This document shows, one piece after another, positions 35,278 through 44,023 of a stretch of DNA of 50,466 bases. The notes beneath the pieces are model-generated. The model had not been told where the DNA came from and ran no database searches. It saw only the letters and a program-made list of their open reading frames with translations. The DNA comes from a virus (lineage: Duplodnaviria; Caudoviricetes): positions 1 through 50,466 of IMG/VR virus record IMGVR_UViG_3300034781_000002; one strand, 5' to 3'. The translations under genes were made by a program, and so were the position numbers. Position 1 is the first letter of the stretch, and every line of letters begins with the position of its first letter.

Positions 35278-35900
35278 GCATGGGCGAATACGCGACCCGA
35301 CTCACTGACGGCGAGCGGGTCAAGATCGGCACCTGCGAGAGCATGTATTACCTGCGGGCCGATCAGCGGCACCTCGTGGACTATCGGTTCACTGAGGACG
35401 TCCTGACGGCGATCCGGTTCCGGTTCCCGTTCCCCGCCGAGGACAACGTCAAGCCGGGAGACTTCGAGGACTACAACTACGGCTTCGGCGTGTACGGCTA
35501 CGAGCCCCCCGGGGAGATCGACCACTACAGCGTGCAGTACCGCGCGGGAGGCAAGTTCGGCGGCCTGCTGGCAAGCCTGCCGTGCCCGCTGTCGACCGAT
35601 GCGGAGGTGCTGCAGAAGCAGACCACCATCAAGGTCAGCATGCACTTCAACGGCTTCGGCCCGACGACGAAGATCAGGCAGCAACGCGCATGGGCCGGAG
35701 TTTGGGCGACCGTCCTGGAATGCGCACCGTGCGGTGCGCTGTACCGGCTACCGACCATCGCCGACGCCGAGCCTCTGCTGACGGCCCTGGAGCGCATGGC
35801 GGTCCAGGAGACCGGCCGCGACCGCGAGGGGTACGCGAAGACCATCCGGACCGTTGCCGAACGCGTGCGCCTGGGCTACGAAACGCCGGTGACCGCATGA
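35274..35900 (+). CDS. Hypothetical protein
   Basis: AAGGAGG RBS; MGEYA...VKIGTCESMYYLR...RFRFPFP, CAPCG. Confidence 0.75.
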   Translation: MSMGEYATRLTDGERVKIGTCESMYYLRADQRHLVDYRFTEDVLTAIRFRFPFPAEDNVKPGDFEDYNYGFGVYGYEPPGEIDHYSVQYRAGGKFGGLLASLPCPLSTDAEVLQKQTTIKVSMHFNGFGPTTKIRQQRAWAGVWATVLECAPCGALYRLPTIADAEPLLTALERMAVQETGRDREGYAKTIRTVAERVRLGYETPVTA

Positions 35901-36238
35901 GCGGGACGGACTTTAGCCGGGACCGGGTGTTGCGGGTCGCCGAGGCGGTCGAGGAGATGGCCAGGGCGTTGAACACCTCCGAGTCTGCCCTGTCGCACCT
36001 GACGTGCGGCGAGGCGGACAGCATCATCCGGGTCCTGGCGATCGGCGGGCACCGCGATGTGGCAGTCGACCTGGTGATCGGGCACGCCGTCGATTCGGAC
36101 GGCGACAGCATGGACGACGAGGGCGACGCGCACTGGGACGTCGCGCAGCACTACAACGAGGAGACCTACCAGTGGGACTGGGAGGCGGCGAGGCAGGCCG
36201 CACGGGCGTACGTGGACCGGATGGTGGTCGAGGCATGA
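35897..36238 (+). CDS. Hypothetical acidic protein
   Basis: ATGA overlap; LTCGEAD...H...DDEGDAH. Confidence 0.65.
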   Translation: MSGTDFSRDRVLRVAEAVEEMARALNTSESALSHLTCGEADSIIRVLAIGGHRDVAVDLVIGHAVDSDGDSMDDEGDAHWDVAQHYNEETYQWDWEAARQAARAYVDRMVVEA

Positions 36239-36507
36239 GCGACGAGATCGCGGCGGTGATCGCGGCGGCGAAAGCCTGGTCGGCGGAGGCGCATTCGGAG
36301 ATGGAGCAGCTATCCAGTGAGGCCGAGCAGACGCGCGACTACAGCAGGCTTGACGAGGCGGCCGTCGACCACGGCAAGTCCGCCTGGGAGCTTCTGGACA
36401 GGCTGCTGGCGGCACTGGAGAAGGCACCGGCACCGGACGTGCACGAGATCCACCACTTCCCCACGATCGACGCGGCGGCGGCGTCGTTGGCGGAACCCCA
36501 CCAGTGA
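36235..36507 (+). CDS. Hypothetical helical protein
   Basis: ATGA overlap. Confidence 0.6.
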   Translation: MSDEIAAVIAAAKAWSAEAHSEMEQLSSEAEQTRDYSRLDEAAVDHGKSAWELLDRLLAALEKAPAPDVHEIHHFPTIDAAAASLAEPHQ

Positions 36508-36716
36508 AGGACTCCGGAGGGCTGGCCCGGATCTGCGACATGGAGCCGGGGATGGCGTTCCGGGAGCGCCGTAACCGGTGCCCGTACACGTTCGTCGGTA
36601 TCGACCCGGTGGTGTCCCGGTTCGCCGGGGTGCAGCGGGTGACGGTGCGGACCGCGGAGGGCGCGTCCTGGATCTGCGACAAGTACGAGCGGTTCCCGTT
36701 GATGGTTGCTGAGTGA
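36504..36716 (+). CDS. Hypothetical protein
   Basis: GTGA overlap. Confidence 0.55.
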   Translation: MKDSGGLARICDMEPGMAFRERRNRCPYTFVGIDPVVSRFAGVQRVTVRTAEGASWICDKYERFPLMVAE

Positions 36717-36985
36717 GCAACCGGTTGCGCTGCGGTGTGGTGCCGCGCGTAGAATCGAGGTGTATCTGTGGACAACACGCTGAGTGAGGTGTTGGGGACC
36801 GAGCCGAGCCCGTGGTGGGTGAAGGCGCTCGGCGCGACCGTGTGCGTCGGGCTGCTGGTGCGCGGGTGGCTCGCGCGATGAGCGAGGAGAAGGGACCGGC
36901 CGGGCGGCCCGACACTGCCCGGCCGGTGTATCGGGGAGCTGGTTCGGTGGCGGTGCGGTTCACCGCTGCGACAGGAGAGGTTCTG

Positions 36986-37552
36986 GTGACGAAGCCAGAC
37001 AGGCTACTGACCTCCAAGGAGGCGGCCGAGGTCGTCGGCGTGAAGCCCGCGACCTGGCTGTCCCTGGTCAGTCAGGGGTACGCACCGAAGCCGGACGACC
37101 CCGACGAGGGCAGGCCGGTCAACCGGCGCACGCCGCGTTGGCTGGAGTCCAGCGTGGAGACGTTCAAGGCGAACCGGCCGGGTCGCGGCGCCCCTGGCCG
37201 CCCCCGCCGGGCACGGCAACCGAAAGCGAGGGTGATCAAGCAGATGAGTCAGACGATGAACGAGGTGCGGCGTATCTCGGCGCAGCTCGGGGAGGTGACC
37301 GGGACGGAGCCGTTTGCGTACATGTCGGAGCCGTCGCCGGGTAGCTACACGGTGGTGTTCCAGTCGGAGGTGATCGCCGGGAGAGACCGGACGACGGTGG
37401 AGGGCAGGGCGTTGGCGTACGTGCAGGGCATCGCCGCGCAGGTCGCCGCTGGCACGTGGGATAACTTCACGTGCCGTGTGTGCCCTCAGGCGTTCACCTC
37501 GGCGGGCGACAAGGCCATCCACGAGGCGTCGCACGGCAGGCGGGCGCGGTAG
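36986..37552 (+). CDS. AlpA/excisionase-like HTH protein with C-terminal C2H2-like zinc finger
   Basis: GTG with AGGAGAGG RBS; LLTSKEAAEVVGVKPATW...APKPD...PRW...RPGRG; CRVCPQAF...IHEASH. Confidence 0.75.
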   Translation: MTKPDRLLTSKEAAEVVGVKPATWLSLVSQGYAPKPDDPDEGRPVNRRTPRWLESSVETFKANRPGRGAPGRPRRARQPKARVIKQMSQTMNEVRRISAQLGEVTGTEPFAYMSEPSPGSYTVVFQSEVIAGRDRTTVEGRALAYVQGIAAQVAAGTWDNFTCRVCPQAFTSAGDKAIHEASHGRRAR

Positions 37553-37554
37553 CC

Positions 37555-37908
37555 GTGGCCACGCCGTGGTGGCGCGACGGGTGCGAGAGCCTGCCGGCGG
37601 GGCACTGGCACTGCGGGCACGGGCACCTGCGCAACTGTCCCGTGGGTGCCGACTGCCCGCGGGTGGACTTCCCCGAGGTGGACGCGACGACGTGGGTCGT
37701 GCAGGCCGGACCGACGGTGTGGCTGTTCGACAACAAGACCTTGGCGCTGCTACAGCGCCTGGTGCTCAACCACGGTGGCGCTGCGGTGAAGACCCGACAG
37801 CTCCGGTCCGCCCGCGCAGTGGAGAGGCTGCTGCGGGATCTGCCGGAGCGTCGCACGGTCGAGGACTGCCGCACGAAGACGTACACGACGTTCTGTAGGG
37901 CCCGATGA
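37555..37908 (+). CDS. Hypothetical Cys/His-rich protein
   Basis: GTG just after the upstream stop; HWHCGHGHLRNC. Confidence 0.5.
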   Translation: MATPWWRDGCESLPAGHWHCGHGHLRNCPVGADCPRVDFPEVDATTWVVQAGPTVWLFDNKTLALLQRLVLNHGGAAVKTRQLRSARAVERLLRDLPERRTVEDCRTKTYTTFCRAR

Positions 37909-37920
37909 AGGGGGACGCAG

Positions 37921-38220
37921 GTGCCGAGCGCACACGAACGGCTTGAGGAGCTGGAACAGCGGGTCGCGGCGATGGAGCAGCGGCTGGGGACCGAGGCCGG
38001 GCTACGCGCTAGCGGGGACCGAGACCTGGCCGACGTGGCGCAGGCGCAGCGGGCGATGCGGCACCTCGTGCAGGCGGTGTCGATCACACAGTCGGAGCAC
38101 ACGCAGACCCTGCTGGACCACACGGAGCTGCTGCGGGGGCACTCCTCGGCGCTGCGCACGGCCAACGAGAAGCTGGACCAGATCGTGACGATGCTGACCG
38201 CCCTGCTGGAGCGGCCGTGA
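37921..38220 (+). CDS. Coiled-coil hypothetical protein
   Basis: Heptad pattern with H-x6 repeats; AAGGGGG RBS. Confidence 0.65.
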   Translation: MPSAHERLEELEQRVAAMEQRLGTEAGLRASGDRDLADVAQAQRAMRHLVQAVSITQSEHTQTLLDHTELLRGHSSALRTANEKLDQIVTMLTALLERP

Positions 38221-38347
38221 GGGTGTACCACCGCACGAGTAGGTTCCCCCCGCGCCCGGACCGCGAGGGCGCGACAGCCGCCGGCTCGTCAGCTCAGGCC
38301 GAGCCGGGCGGCGCGCAGCCGGGTCCGAGTGCGGGGGGAGAACGGGG

Positions 38348-38393
38348 GGCGGCACCCTGGCCGGGTACAACGGCCGGGGTGCCGCCTGTTTTT
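38348..38393 (+). terminator. Intrinsic terminator ending the rightward operon
   Basis: GGCGGCACCCTGGCCG-loop-CGGCCGGGGTGCCGCC then TGTTTTT, between convergent genes. Confidence 0.7.
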
Positions 38394-38419
38394 CCGGGAC
38401 TTCCCTGTCGCTATCAACG

Positions 38420-38788
38420 CTAGCGACTGCGGTCGCGGTTCCACCCGCCGGGCTCGCGCTTGGCGGTCTCCCTGTCGTGGCACTGCTTGCACAGCGGGCG
38501 CAGGTACCGGTCCTGGTTGGGGTCGGCGACGCCGTGCCTGCGCAGCAGGCGGATCCCGCGGGGGTGATGGTCGGCGACCTGCGCCATGCGGGGACACAGC
38601 GCGCAGGTGGGGTGCCGCACGAGGAAGTCGAGACGGGTCTGTGGCCACTCCGGACCGTACAGCTCGGACCAGCCCTCGCGGCGCCGGTTGAGGTTGCGTC
38701 GTTGCCGTGACCGGCACGTGTCGCAACGCCCGGAGTCGCAGCGGTTGGGGCAGCCGGGGGAGGTGCAGGGCTTGCGGGGGCGCTGCAC
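38420..38788 (-). CDS. HNH endonuclease (terminase-associated, HK97 gp74-like)
   Basis: KPCTSPGCP, HPTCALC, ADHH, LRPLCKQCHDRETA...GGW. Confidence 0.88.
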   Translation of the reverse strand: MQRPRKPCTSPGCPNRCDSGRCDTCRSRQRRNLNRRREGWSELYGPEWPQTRLDFLVRHPTCALCPRMAQVADHHPRGIRLLRRHGVADPNQDRYLRPLCKQCHDRETAKREPGGWNRDRSR

Positions 38789-38890
38789 GCTGCACCACCC
38801 CCCGGCGCGGGACGCACGGCTCCACTGGGGTGGACCTCGCGGGTGATCCTGGAGCCGTGCGCGTTTCCGGCGGGCGGCAACCCGTCGGGG

Positions 38891-38998
38891 TCAGTACCTG
38901 CGGCGAGTGGGCCGGGCCGTGAGTCGCCACGCGAACCCGAGGAACACCGCGCCGGCCCCGAGTGCGATGCCGATACCGAGCCACATCCACCACGTCAT
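38891..38998 (-). CDS. 35-aa single-TM peptide
   Basis: MTWWMWLGIGIALGAGAVFLGFAWRLTARPTRRRY; below the ORF-track cutoff. Confidence 0.45.
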   Translation of the reverse strand: MTWWMWLGIGIALGAGAVFLGFAWRLTARPTRRRY

Positions 38999-39006
38999 GG
39001 CGGCCA

Positions 39007-39477
39007 TCAACCAGCCTCGCTGTCGGCTGTCGGCTGCTGCGGTGTGTTGCGGTGTCCATCCGGGACGGTGGATGCACCTGTCCCGTTGACGCTCACTGTA
39101 ACTGTCCGGCGGTCCTTTCTGCTACGTACCTCGCTGGAAAGCCGGTGCAGATCTCGAACGAGGTACAGGTACTGTTTGCCGCCGCGCAGATGGCCCTTGA
39201 TCCGGCCGCGCCGCCGTAGCGCCGAGATGGTCCCGGCGGCCAGGCCGGTGATGTCGGCGGCCTCGTCCGGGTCCACCAGCTCGTCCGGGTCGTACGACAC
39301 CACCGGCGCCGGCCACCGCTCACCCCAGGAACGGAACCGGGCGTCGAGGTCGGCGACGGCGTTCGGGTCGGCGTCGGGGTGTCCCTTCAGCATCTCCTCG
39401 GCGAGTGCCCGGTACGCCCATGCGATCTTGCGGGCGCGCACAACGGTGCTGTCGCCGGGGAACGGCCACTTACTCAT
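39007..39477 (-). CDS. HTH DNA-binding protein (actinophage WPxPGD family)
   Basis: MSKWPFPGDS...ARKIAWAYR; C-terminal EAADITGLAAGTISALRRRGRI HTH. Confidence 0.75.
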   Translation of the reverse strand: MSKWPFPGDSTVVRARKIAWAYRALAEEMLKGHPDADPNAVADLDARFRSWGERWPAPVVSYDPDELVDPDEAADITGLAAGTISALRRRGRIKGHLRGGKQYLYLVRDLHRLSSEVRSRKDRRTVTVSVNGTGASTVPDGHRNTPQQPTADSEAG

Positions 39478-40792
39478 CGTCGCCGATCTCCCCGTCCAGC
39501 GCGGACGGGCAGTTGATCGCGGCGTGTCTGGTGCCGTCGTCCTTGGCGAGGGTGATGCGTGGGATGGGGCTGTCGTCGGTGAACCTGACGAACCTCGGGC
39601 GCCTGCCCTCCACAATGTTGTTCCAGGCCAGCACGATGATGCTCATCGCCTCGATCGGGGTGATGCGGCGCCGGTTGTCGCGGGCGTTGTCGAAGAACTG
39701 GCGGGTCACGGCGCGGGGGTCGTCGTCGTCGAGGACGACCCGGCTGCCGGATTTGGTGCCGGTCATCAGGCCGTTGAAGAACGCCTCCACGTAGCGGTTG
39801 TCGGGGCCGTTCGCGCGGCGCAGCATGTAGCGGGCGGCGGCGAGGGGCCCGGCGGTCAGCTTCGCTTTCTTGTAGTTGCTCACGGCCCAGCGGGCGGCCA
39901 GGCGTAGCTCGTCGGGGTCCTCGCGGAAGAACCGCGCGACGGTCTCGTTGGTCTGCCGCTCCCGGATCATCCGCTTCGGGGACTGTGCCTGGAACGCCAG
40001 GGACAGTCGCACGGCGGTGCCGATCGTGCCGCCGTAGGAGCCTTCGCCGAGCACGTCGGACGGGGAACGGTTCAGGCCTTCATCGACGGCCTCGAAGTTG
40101 TCCACGGGCATGCCGACGAAGAACGCCATGGCGACGCGGATACTGGGCATCTCCTCGCCGGCTTGTACCAGGGCCAGGAGCCGGTGCTGGCCGTCCTGGA
40201 GCTGGGCTCGGGTGTCCATCGCCATGCCCTGGTGGGTGCGATGCCACTCACCGCGCAGGATGGTGCCCCGGTAATGATCCACCCGGCCGAGTCGGACCGG
40301 ACGGTTGTACTGGTTGTGGTGATCCAACAGGTACTTGGCGATCTCGGGTGTCATCCACACCCACCGCATCCACGGCGCCGGGTGTTGCTGTGCGAACCAC
40401 ATGATCCCGACCTCTTCGGGCTCCTGGTACGGCCCGGACGCGCGGGCCACGGCGGCGGCCTCGGCCGCCTGCCGGGCGGCCTCAGCGTCGGCGTCGGTGC
40501 GTTCCTGCGCGGCTTGCGCGTCGGAGAACGCAGCGGCCTGCGCCTTCGCGGTCCTGGTGGTGCGCGCGGTTTTCCTGACCTCTGCCATGTTCGTCTCCGC
40601 TTCGGTGAGTCCGTTGAGTTCCAGTCGCTTGGTGACCAGCTTGATGGCGTTGCCGTCGCTGTAGGTGAGGTGCACAACTACCGGACCCTTCGGGGTCTTG
40701 ACCCGGTAGCCGTCCTTGTTGCGGGTGATCTCCCAGTCCACTCGCCGCACCCGTTTGATCAGGGCCATGACGTCGGCCTGTCGCGATCCCAT
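39470..40792 (-). CDS. ParB/Srx-like (DGQHR) protein with N-terminal HicA-like domain
   Basis: MTPEIAKYLL...NRP...HQG...LQDGQHRLLAL; N-terminal LIKRVRRVDWEITRNKDGYRVKTPKGPVVVHLTYSD. Confidence 0.75.
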   Translation of the reverse strand: MGSRQADVMALIKRVRRVDWEITRNKDGYRVKTPKGPVVVHLTYSDGNAIKLVTKRLELNGLTEAETNMAEVRKTARTTRTAKAQAAAFSDAQAAQERTDADAEAARQAAEAAAVARASGPYQEPEEVGIMWFAQQHPAPWMRWVWMTPEIAKYLLDHHNQYNRPVRLGRVDHYRGTILRGEWHRTHQGMAMDTRAQLQDGQHRLLALVQAGEEMPSIRVAMAFFVGMPVDNFEAVDEGLNRSPSDVLGEGSYGGTIGTAVRLSLAFQAQSPKRMIRERQTNETVARFFREDPDELRLAARWAVSNYKKAKLTAGPLAAARYMLRRANGPDNRYVEAFFNGLMTGTKSGSRVVLDDDDPRAVTRQFFDNARDNRRRITPIEAMSIIVLAWNNIVEGRRPRFVRFTDDSPIPRITLAKDDGTRHAAINCPSALDGEIGDDE

Positions 40793-40808
40793 TCGGTTTC
40801 TACCCCTC

Positions 40809-41651
40809 TCAGTTGATGCGGTTGTGCGGTGCCAGGCGGGTGTTGTACGCGTTGACGAGGAGTTTGGCGATTGCCGGCCACCTGCTGTTGCCGCCGGTGG
40901 CGCCGGTGGCCAGCGCTGCCCTGCGCTTCCACTGCGCCGGGCTGAGGACCACCTTTCCGTCCTTGCTCATGCGCGCCGCGAGCCGGCCGGCGTCCACGCC
41001 CGGGTTGGTGGCGAGGATGATCGCCACCGCGTGGCAGAGGTCCGCGTCGAAGGTTTCAGCGTCGCGGCCGAACGCGTCGACGAGCACCGCCAGGGCGGTG
41101 TGCAGAATCTCCTCGCCGTGCTTGTCGAGGATCGACTCCAGGGCCCGCACGCAGCCGACCCGGTTGGTGCCTGCGGAGGCGCCGGCCTTGAGTCCCAGAT
41201 CGCTCAGGACACGTTGGATGGCCACGTAGGACGGGTTTCCGGCGACGACCCCTACGCGGAACTGGTCGTAGGGCTTGGTCGGTGTGCGGTCGCGGTTGAG
41301 CCCGAGGAAGATCGCCGCCTCCTGTTCGCGGGTGAGCCCGGCGAGGCATTCGCAGGGCAGTTCGTACTCCTCTCCGAGGGCGGGGTTGGTGACGATCGCC
41401 AGAACCCGGTGCTGCCCGTCCAGCACGACGTAGTCCCCGTCGGTGCGCTTGCTGACGACCGGGACACCGACGAGCATCGGCTGGAAGTTCTCTCGGATCT
41501 TCCGGACCTTGGCTGCGATCGGAGCCCGGTTGACCGTGGGGTCGAAGGAGAGCAGCCCGACGGGGACTGCCTCGATCGTCCGGACGACGCCGGTGGGCAC
41601 ATCAACATTGGTCTCGCGTTCGGTGACAGTGGTTGAACTGACAGCAACCAT
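40809..41651 (-). CDS. ParB/Srx-like (DGQHR, DUF6551-like) protein
   Basis: ATG at 41651 with AAAGGGA RBS; DPTVNR...VVSKR...VLDGQHRV...GLTREQEAAIFLGLN. Confidence 0.8.
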   Translation of the reverse strand: MVAVSSTTVTERETNVDVPTGVVRTIEAVPVGLLSFDPTVNRAPIAAKVRKIRENFQPMLVGVPVVSKRTDGDYVVLDGQHRVLAIVTNPALGEEYELPCECLAGLTREQEAAIFLGLNRDRTPTKPYDQFRVGVVAGNPSYVAIQRVLSDLGLKAGASAGTNRVGCVRALESILDKHGEEILHTALAVLVDAFGRDAETFDADLCHAVAIILATNPGVDAGRLAARMSKDGKVVLSPAQWKRRAALATGATGGNSRWPAIAKLLVNAYNTRLAPHNRIN

Positions 41652-41719
41652 TGTGGTCCCTTTCCGTACGTTGCGGCAAGTTGCGCCACTACCGAAGTAA
41701 CGAACGCGGGCCAGGACGG

Positions 41720-42415
41720 TCACGGCCCGTCTGAATTGATCTCGGTAACTCTCAAGGTCACCCGTTTGCGGTACGCGTCCCACGGCTGCGCGAACCCGCA
41801 AGATCCGCAATGGACGGTGTCCGAGCCGTCGCGTCGCGACAGTGCCGCGACGTGGCATTTCTCGCAGTAGCCGGGCAGCGCAATGGTCAGTTCCGACAGC
41901 CCGCACATCCGGCGGGCTCGGCGGTGCAGCCGGCTCAGGTCGGTGAGCGCCGAGACCCCCGTGGCGTCCTCGTGGTCGTACGCGTCACTCCACGACGGTA
42001 GGTCCTGCAAGCCGGCGAGGGTGTCCACCCGCGGCGCGATGAACGCCACCGCCTGCTGCACGTTGTAGCCCGAGCGGGCGTGCAGGGTGTACCGGGGCCG
42101 GGTGCCCGTCGCGGTGCGTAGGTCCATCTCCACCAGCCCCAGCGCCTCGGCGATGGCGCTGCGCGCCGCGTCCACGTTGAGGTCGATCGGCGGCACCGAC
42201 GCCGGCTTGGGCCGGGAGATCTTCGACTCTGAGTGACCGTCACGGCGGGCGATGATCTGCGACAGGTCGAGGTAATCGAACAGCAGCGCCGAGATGTCGC
42301 CGACGTAATGGGCCAGGCACCGATTGCAGATGTGGAATCCGTACGTCGCACCAGCAGCGGCCGTGCTCTTGTCGAACGATTCGCAGGCCGAACCGAAGGA
42401 GCAGAGACTACTCAT
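41720..42415 (-). CDS. Zn-ribbon phage protein (candidate late transcription regulator)
   Basis: N-terminal C...C...CNRC and C-terminal CEKC...CGSC; PPIDLNV; lies after the replication gene. Confidence 0.65.
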   Translation of the reverse strand: MSSLCSFGSACESFDKSTAAAGATYGFHICNRCLAHYVGDISALLFDYLDLSQIIARRDGHSESKISRPKPASVPPIDLNVDAARSAIAEALGLVEMDLRTATGTRPRYTLHARSGYNVQQAVAFIAPRVDTLAGLQDLPSWSDAYDHEDATGVSALTDLSRLHRRARRMCGLSELTIALPGYCEKCHVAALSRRDGSDTVHCGSCGFAQPWDAYRKRVTLRVTEINSDGP

Positions 42416-43160
42416 CGGACTCACCGGCCATTTCGGTGAGCCGGTCCATCACCTTGCGGAAATCACTCGGCTCCGGCGACGGAACCTGCGGCCGATAGCT
42501 GAATTGCCGACCTGCTGCCGGATTGTTGCGCCGGCCTTTCTCCGCTTCGGACTTCGCCCATTCCGCCGCGCTCATTCCCGGCGGTCGGCTCCAGTCCGAT
42601 TCGGACGCTACCACCTCAGCCGAGTCGATGCCAGGCGCTGGCTGCGCGGCGCCCCCGGCGCTGCGCGGCGCAGCCGGCGCGGGTACTGACCGACCCGACC
42701 CCGAAGGGGGTCGGTCAGTACTCTTCTCTCTCTTCTCTTCTCTTCTCTTATGCGAGGGCGTCCGGTCGGACATATCGATGACGCTTGATGCGGGAGGTCC
42801 TCTGCGGGCGGCCCGCTTACGGGCCGCATCCTGCTCCTTTGCGGCTTCTCGCTGTGCGGTGGTCTCGTTGTGTTCGGACCAAGATCGAATGCGGTAACCA
42901 TCCACTGTTGATGCAGGAACCCACAGTTTGTGCTCCAACAGTGCACCAACAACGTCATCCCAACTCCGAATTCGTGCTCTAACCTGACGCAGTTGGTGCA
43001 CTGTTAGCACCCCGTCTCGATCAACTAGCTTGGCCACGGCGAGGCTGCGGATGTACGCCAACTCCCCCTGGTTGCCCACCGCCTGGATGGCTGGATCGAG
43101 AATGTAATTGGCCTGCAAGGGCACGAACATTCCACGCGCCCGCCGGTTCGGCCCCGTCAT
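42408..43160 (-). CDS. Putative replication initiator protein
   Basis: FVPL...DP...LLEHKLW...YRIRSWSEHN...KRAAR wHTH-type N-terminus, REEKREK linker, position in the early block. Confidence 0.7.
   Translation of the reverse strand: MTGPNRRARGMFVPLQANYILDPAIQAVGNQGELAYIRSLAVAKLVDRDGVLTVHQLRQVRARIRSWDDVVGALLEHKLWVPASTVDGYRIRSWSEHNETTAQREAAKEQDAARKRAARRGPPASSVIDMSDRTPSHKRREEKREKSTDRPPSGSGRSVPAPAAPRSAGGAAQPAPGIDSAEVVASESDWSRPPGMSAAEWAKSEAEKGRRNNPAAGRQFSYRPQVPSPEPSDFRKVMDRLTEMAGESDE
42683..42750. repeat. 14-bp inverted repeat plus TCTCT/TCTT purine-skewed tract inside the initiator gene (candidate origin)
   Basis: GTACTGACCGACCC (42683-42696) / GGGTCGGTCAGTAC (42708-42721), then CTCTTCTCTCTCTTCTCTTCTCTTCTCTT. 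Confidence 0.5.
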
Positions 43161-43390
43161 TCCCGCTCTCCCAACTGCTTTTCCTGGTGCTCGGTCCGGT
43201 AGTCCCGGAACCACAACAGGACCCCCGCCAACGTCTCCGCGTACACGTCCGGCGCAGTGACCCGAGTGCGCCATGCCTGCGTCGCTGATTCCCGCATCGG
43301 GCACGGCATCGACCGAAAGCACCGGGGGCAGCAGAACCGGAACACCGGCACCTTCCGCGCCTTGCACAATGGGCAGTCGCGCGCCCCCAT
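43157..43390 (-). CDS. Small Cys-rich hypothetical protein
   Basis: CPLC...CCPRCF; ATGA overlap. Confidence 0.6.
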   Translation of the reverse strand: MGARDCPLCKARKVPVFRFCCPRCFRSMPCPMRESATQAWRTRVTAPDVYAETLAGVLLWFRDYRTEHQEKQLGERE

Positions 43391-43393
43391 GGG

Positions 43394-43675
43394 CTACGTG
43401 GGATAGGACAGGGTCGCCACTTCACCGGGCACCGTCCGCGACCCGTTAACCGCCGGGATCTCCGCCGTGTTGCCCAGTTCGGTGTGACGGAACGTGAACT
43501 TCTGGCCGGCGCGCGGCATCTCGATGCCCGCCTGCGCCGGGTTGAACGCCGCCCTGATGACCTCGGTCAGGTCCTCGCGGCTGATGCCGTCGTAGTTCAG
43601 GTGGATCTCCACGCTGTAGCAGTGCCCGGACTCGTCGTAGAAGCCGGTCACCATGACCTTGTCGACGTCGCTCAT
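43394..43675 (-). CDS. Hypothetical protein
   Basis: ATG at 43675 overlapping the upstream TGA. Confidence 0.55.
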   Translation of the reverse strand: MSDVDKVMVTGFYDESGHCYSVEIHLNYDGISREDLTEVIRAAFNPAQAGIEMPRAGQKFTFRHTELGNTAEIPAVNGSRTVPGEVATLSYPT

Positions 43676-43929
43676 CTCAGGTGCTCCCTCACTCGTTGCT
43701 CCTTGTGTTCCTCGCACAGGTGCCGGGTCAGCGACCCGACGGTGAACAGCCACCGCACCGGGCTCGGATACGGCGCCTTCGTCGCCCCGAGCAGGTGGAT
43801 CTGCGCCATGCAGTCGCCGCACAGCAGCCGGCTGCGGGGGCGGTAGCGCTGGATGTGGACCCCGGCGGGCGGGGAAGTGCCCGCCGGGGGGTCGGGGGGC
43901 ATGCCGGGCAACGGCACGTCGTCGATCAT
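43672..43929 (-). CDS. Small Zn-binding hypothetical protein
   Basis: CGDC...LCEEH. Confidence 0.6.
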   Translation of the reverse strand: MIDDVPLPGMPPDPPAGTSPPAGVHIQRYRPRSRLLCGDCMAQIHLLGATKAPYPSPVRWLFTVGSLTRHLCEEHKEQRVREHLR

Positions 43930-44023
43930 CAGGACCTGCCCACGGCGTCGAACACGACGTTGATCACCTCGATGACCATCAGGCCCACCACGAACGGGCC
44001 GATGATCTGGCCCAGCTCCCGGA

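Noticed and set aside
39470-41651. DGQHR proteins as DndB of a phosphorothioation system
   Set aside because: No dndA/C/D/E-like or PAPS-reductase genes in the window; DGQHR is shared broadly by ParB/Srx-fold proteins
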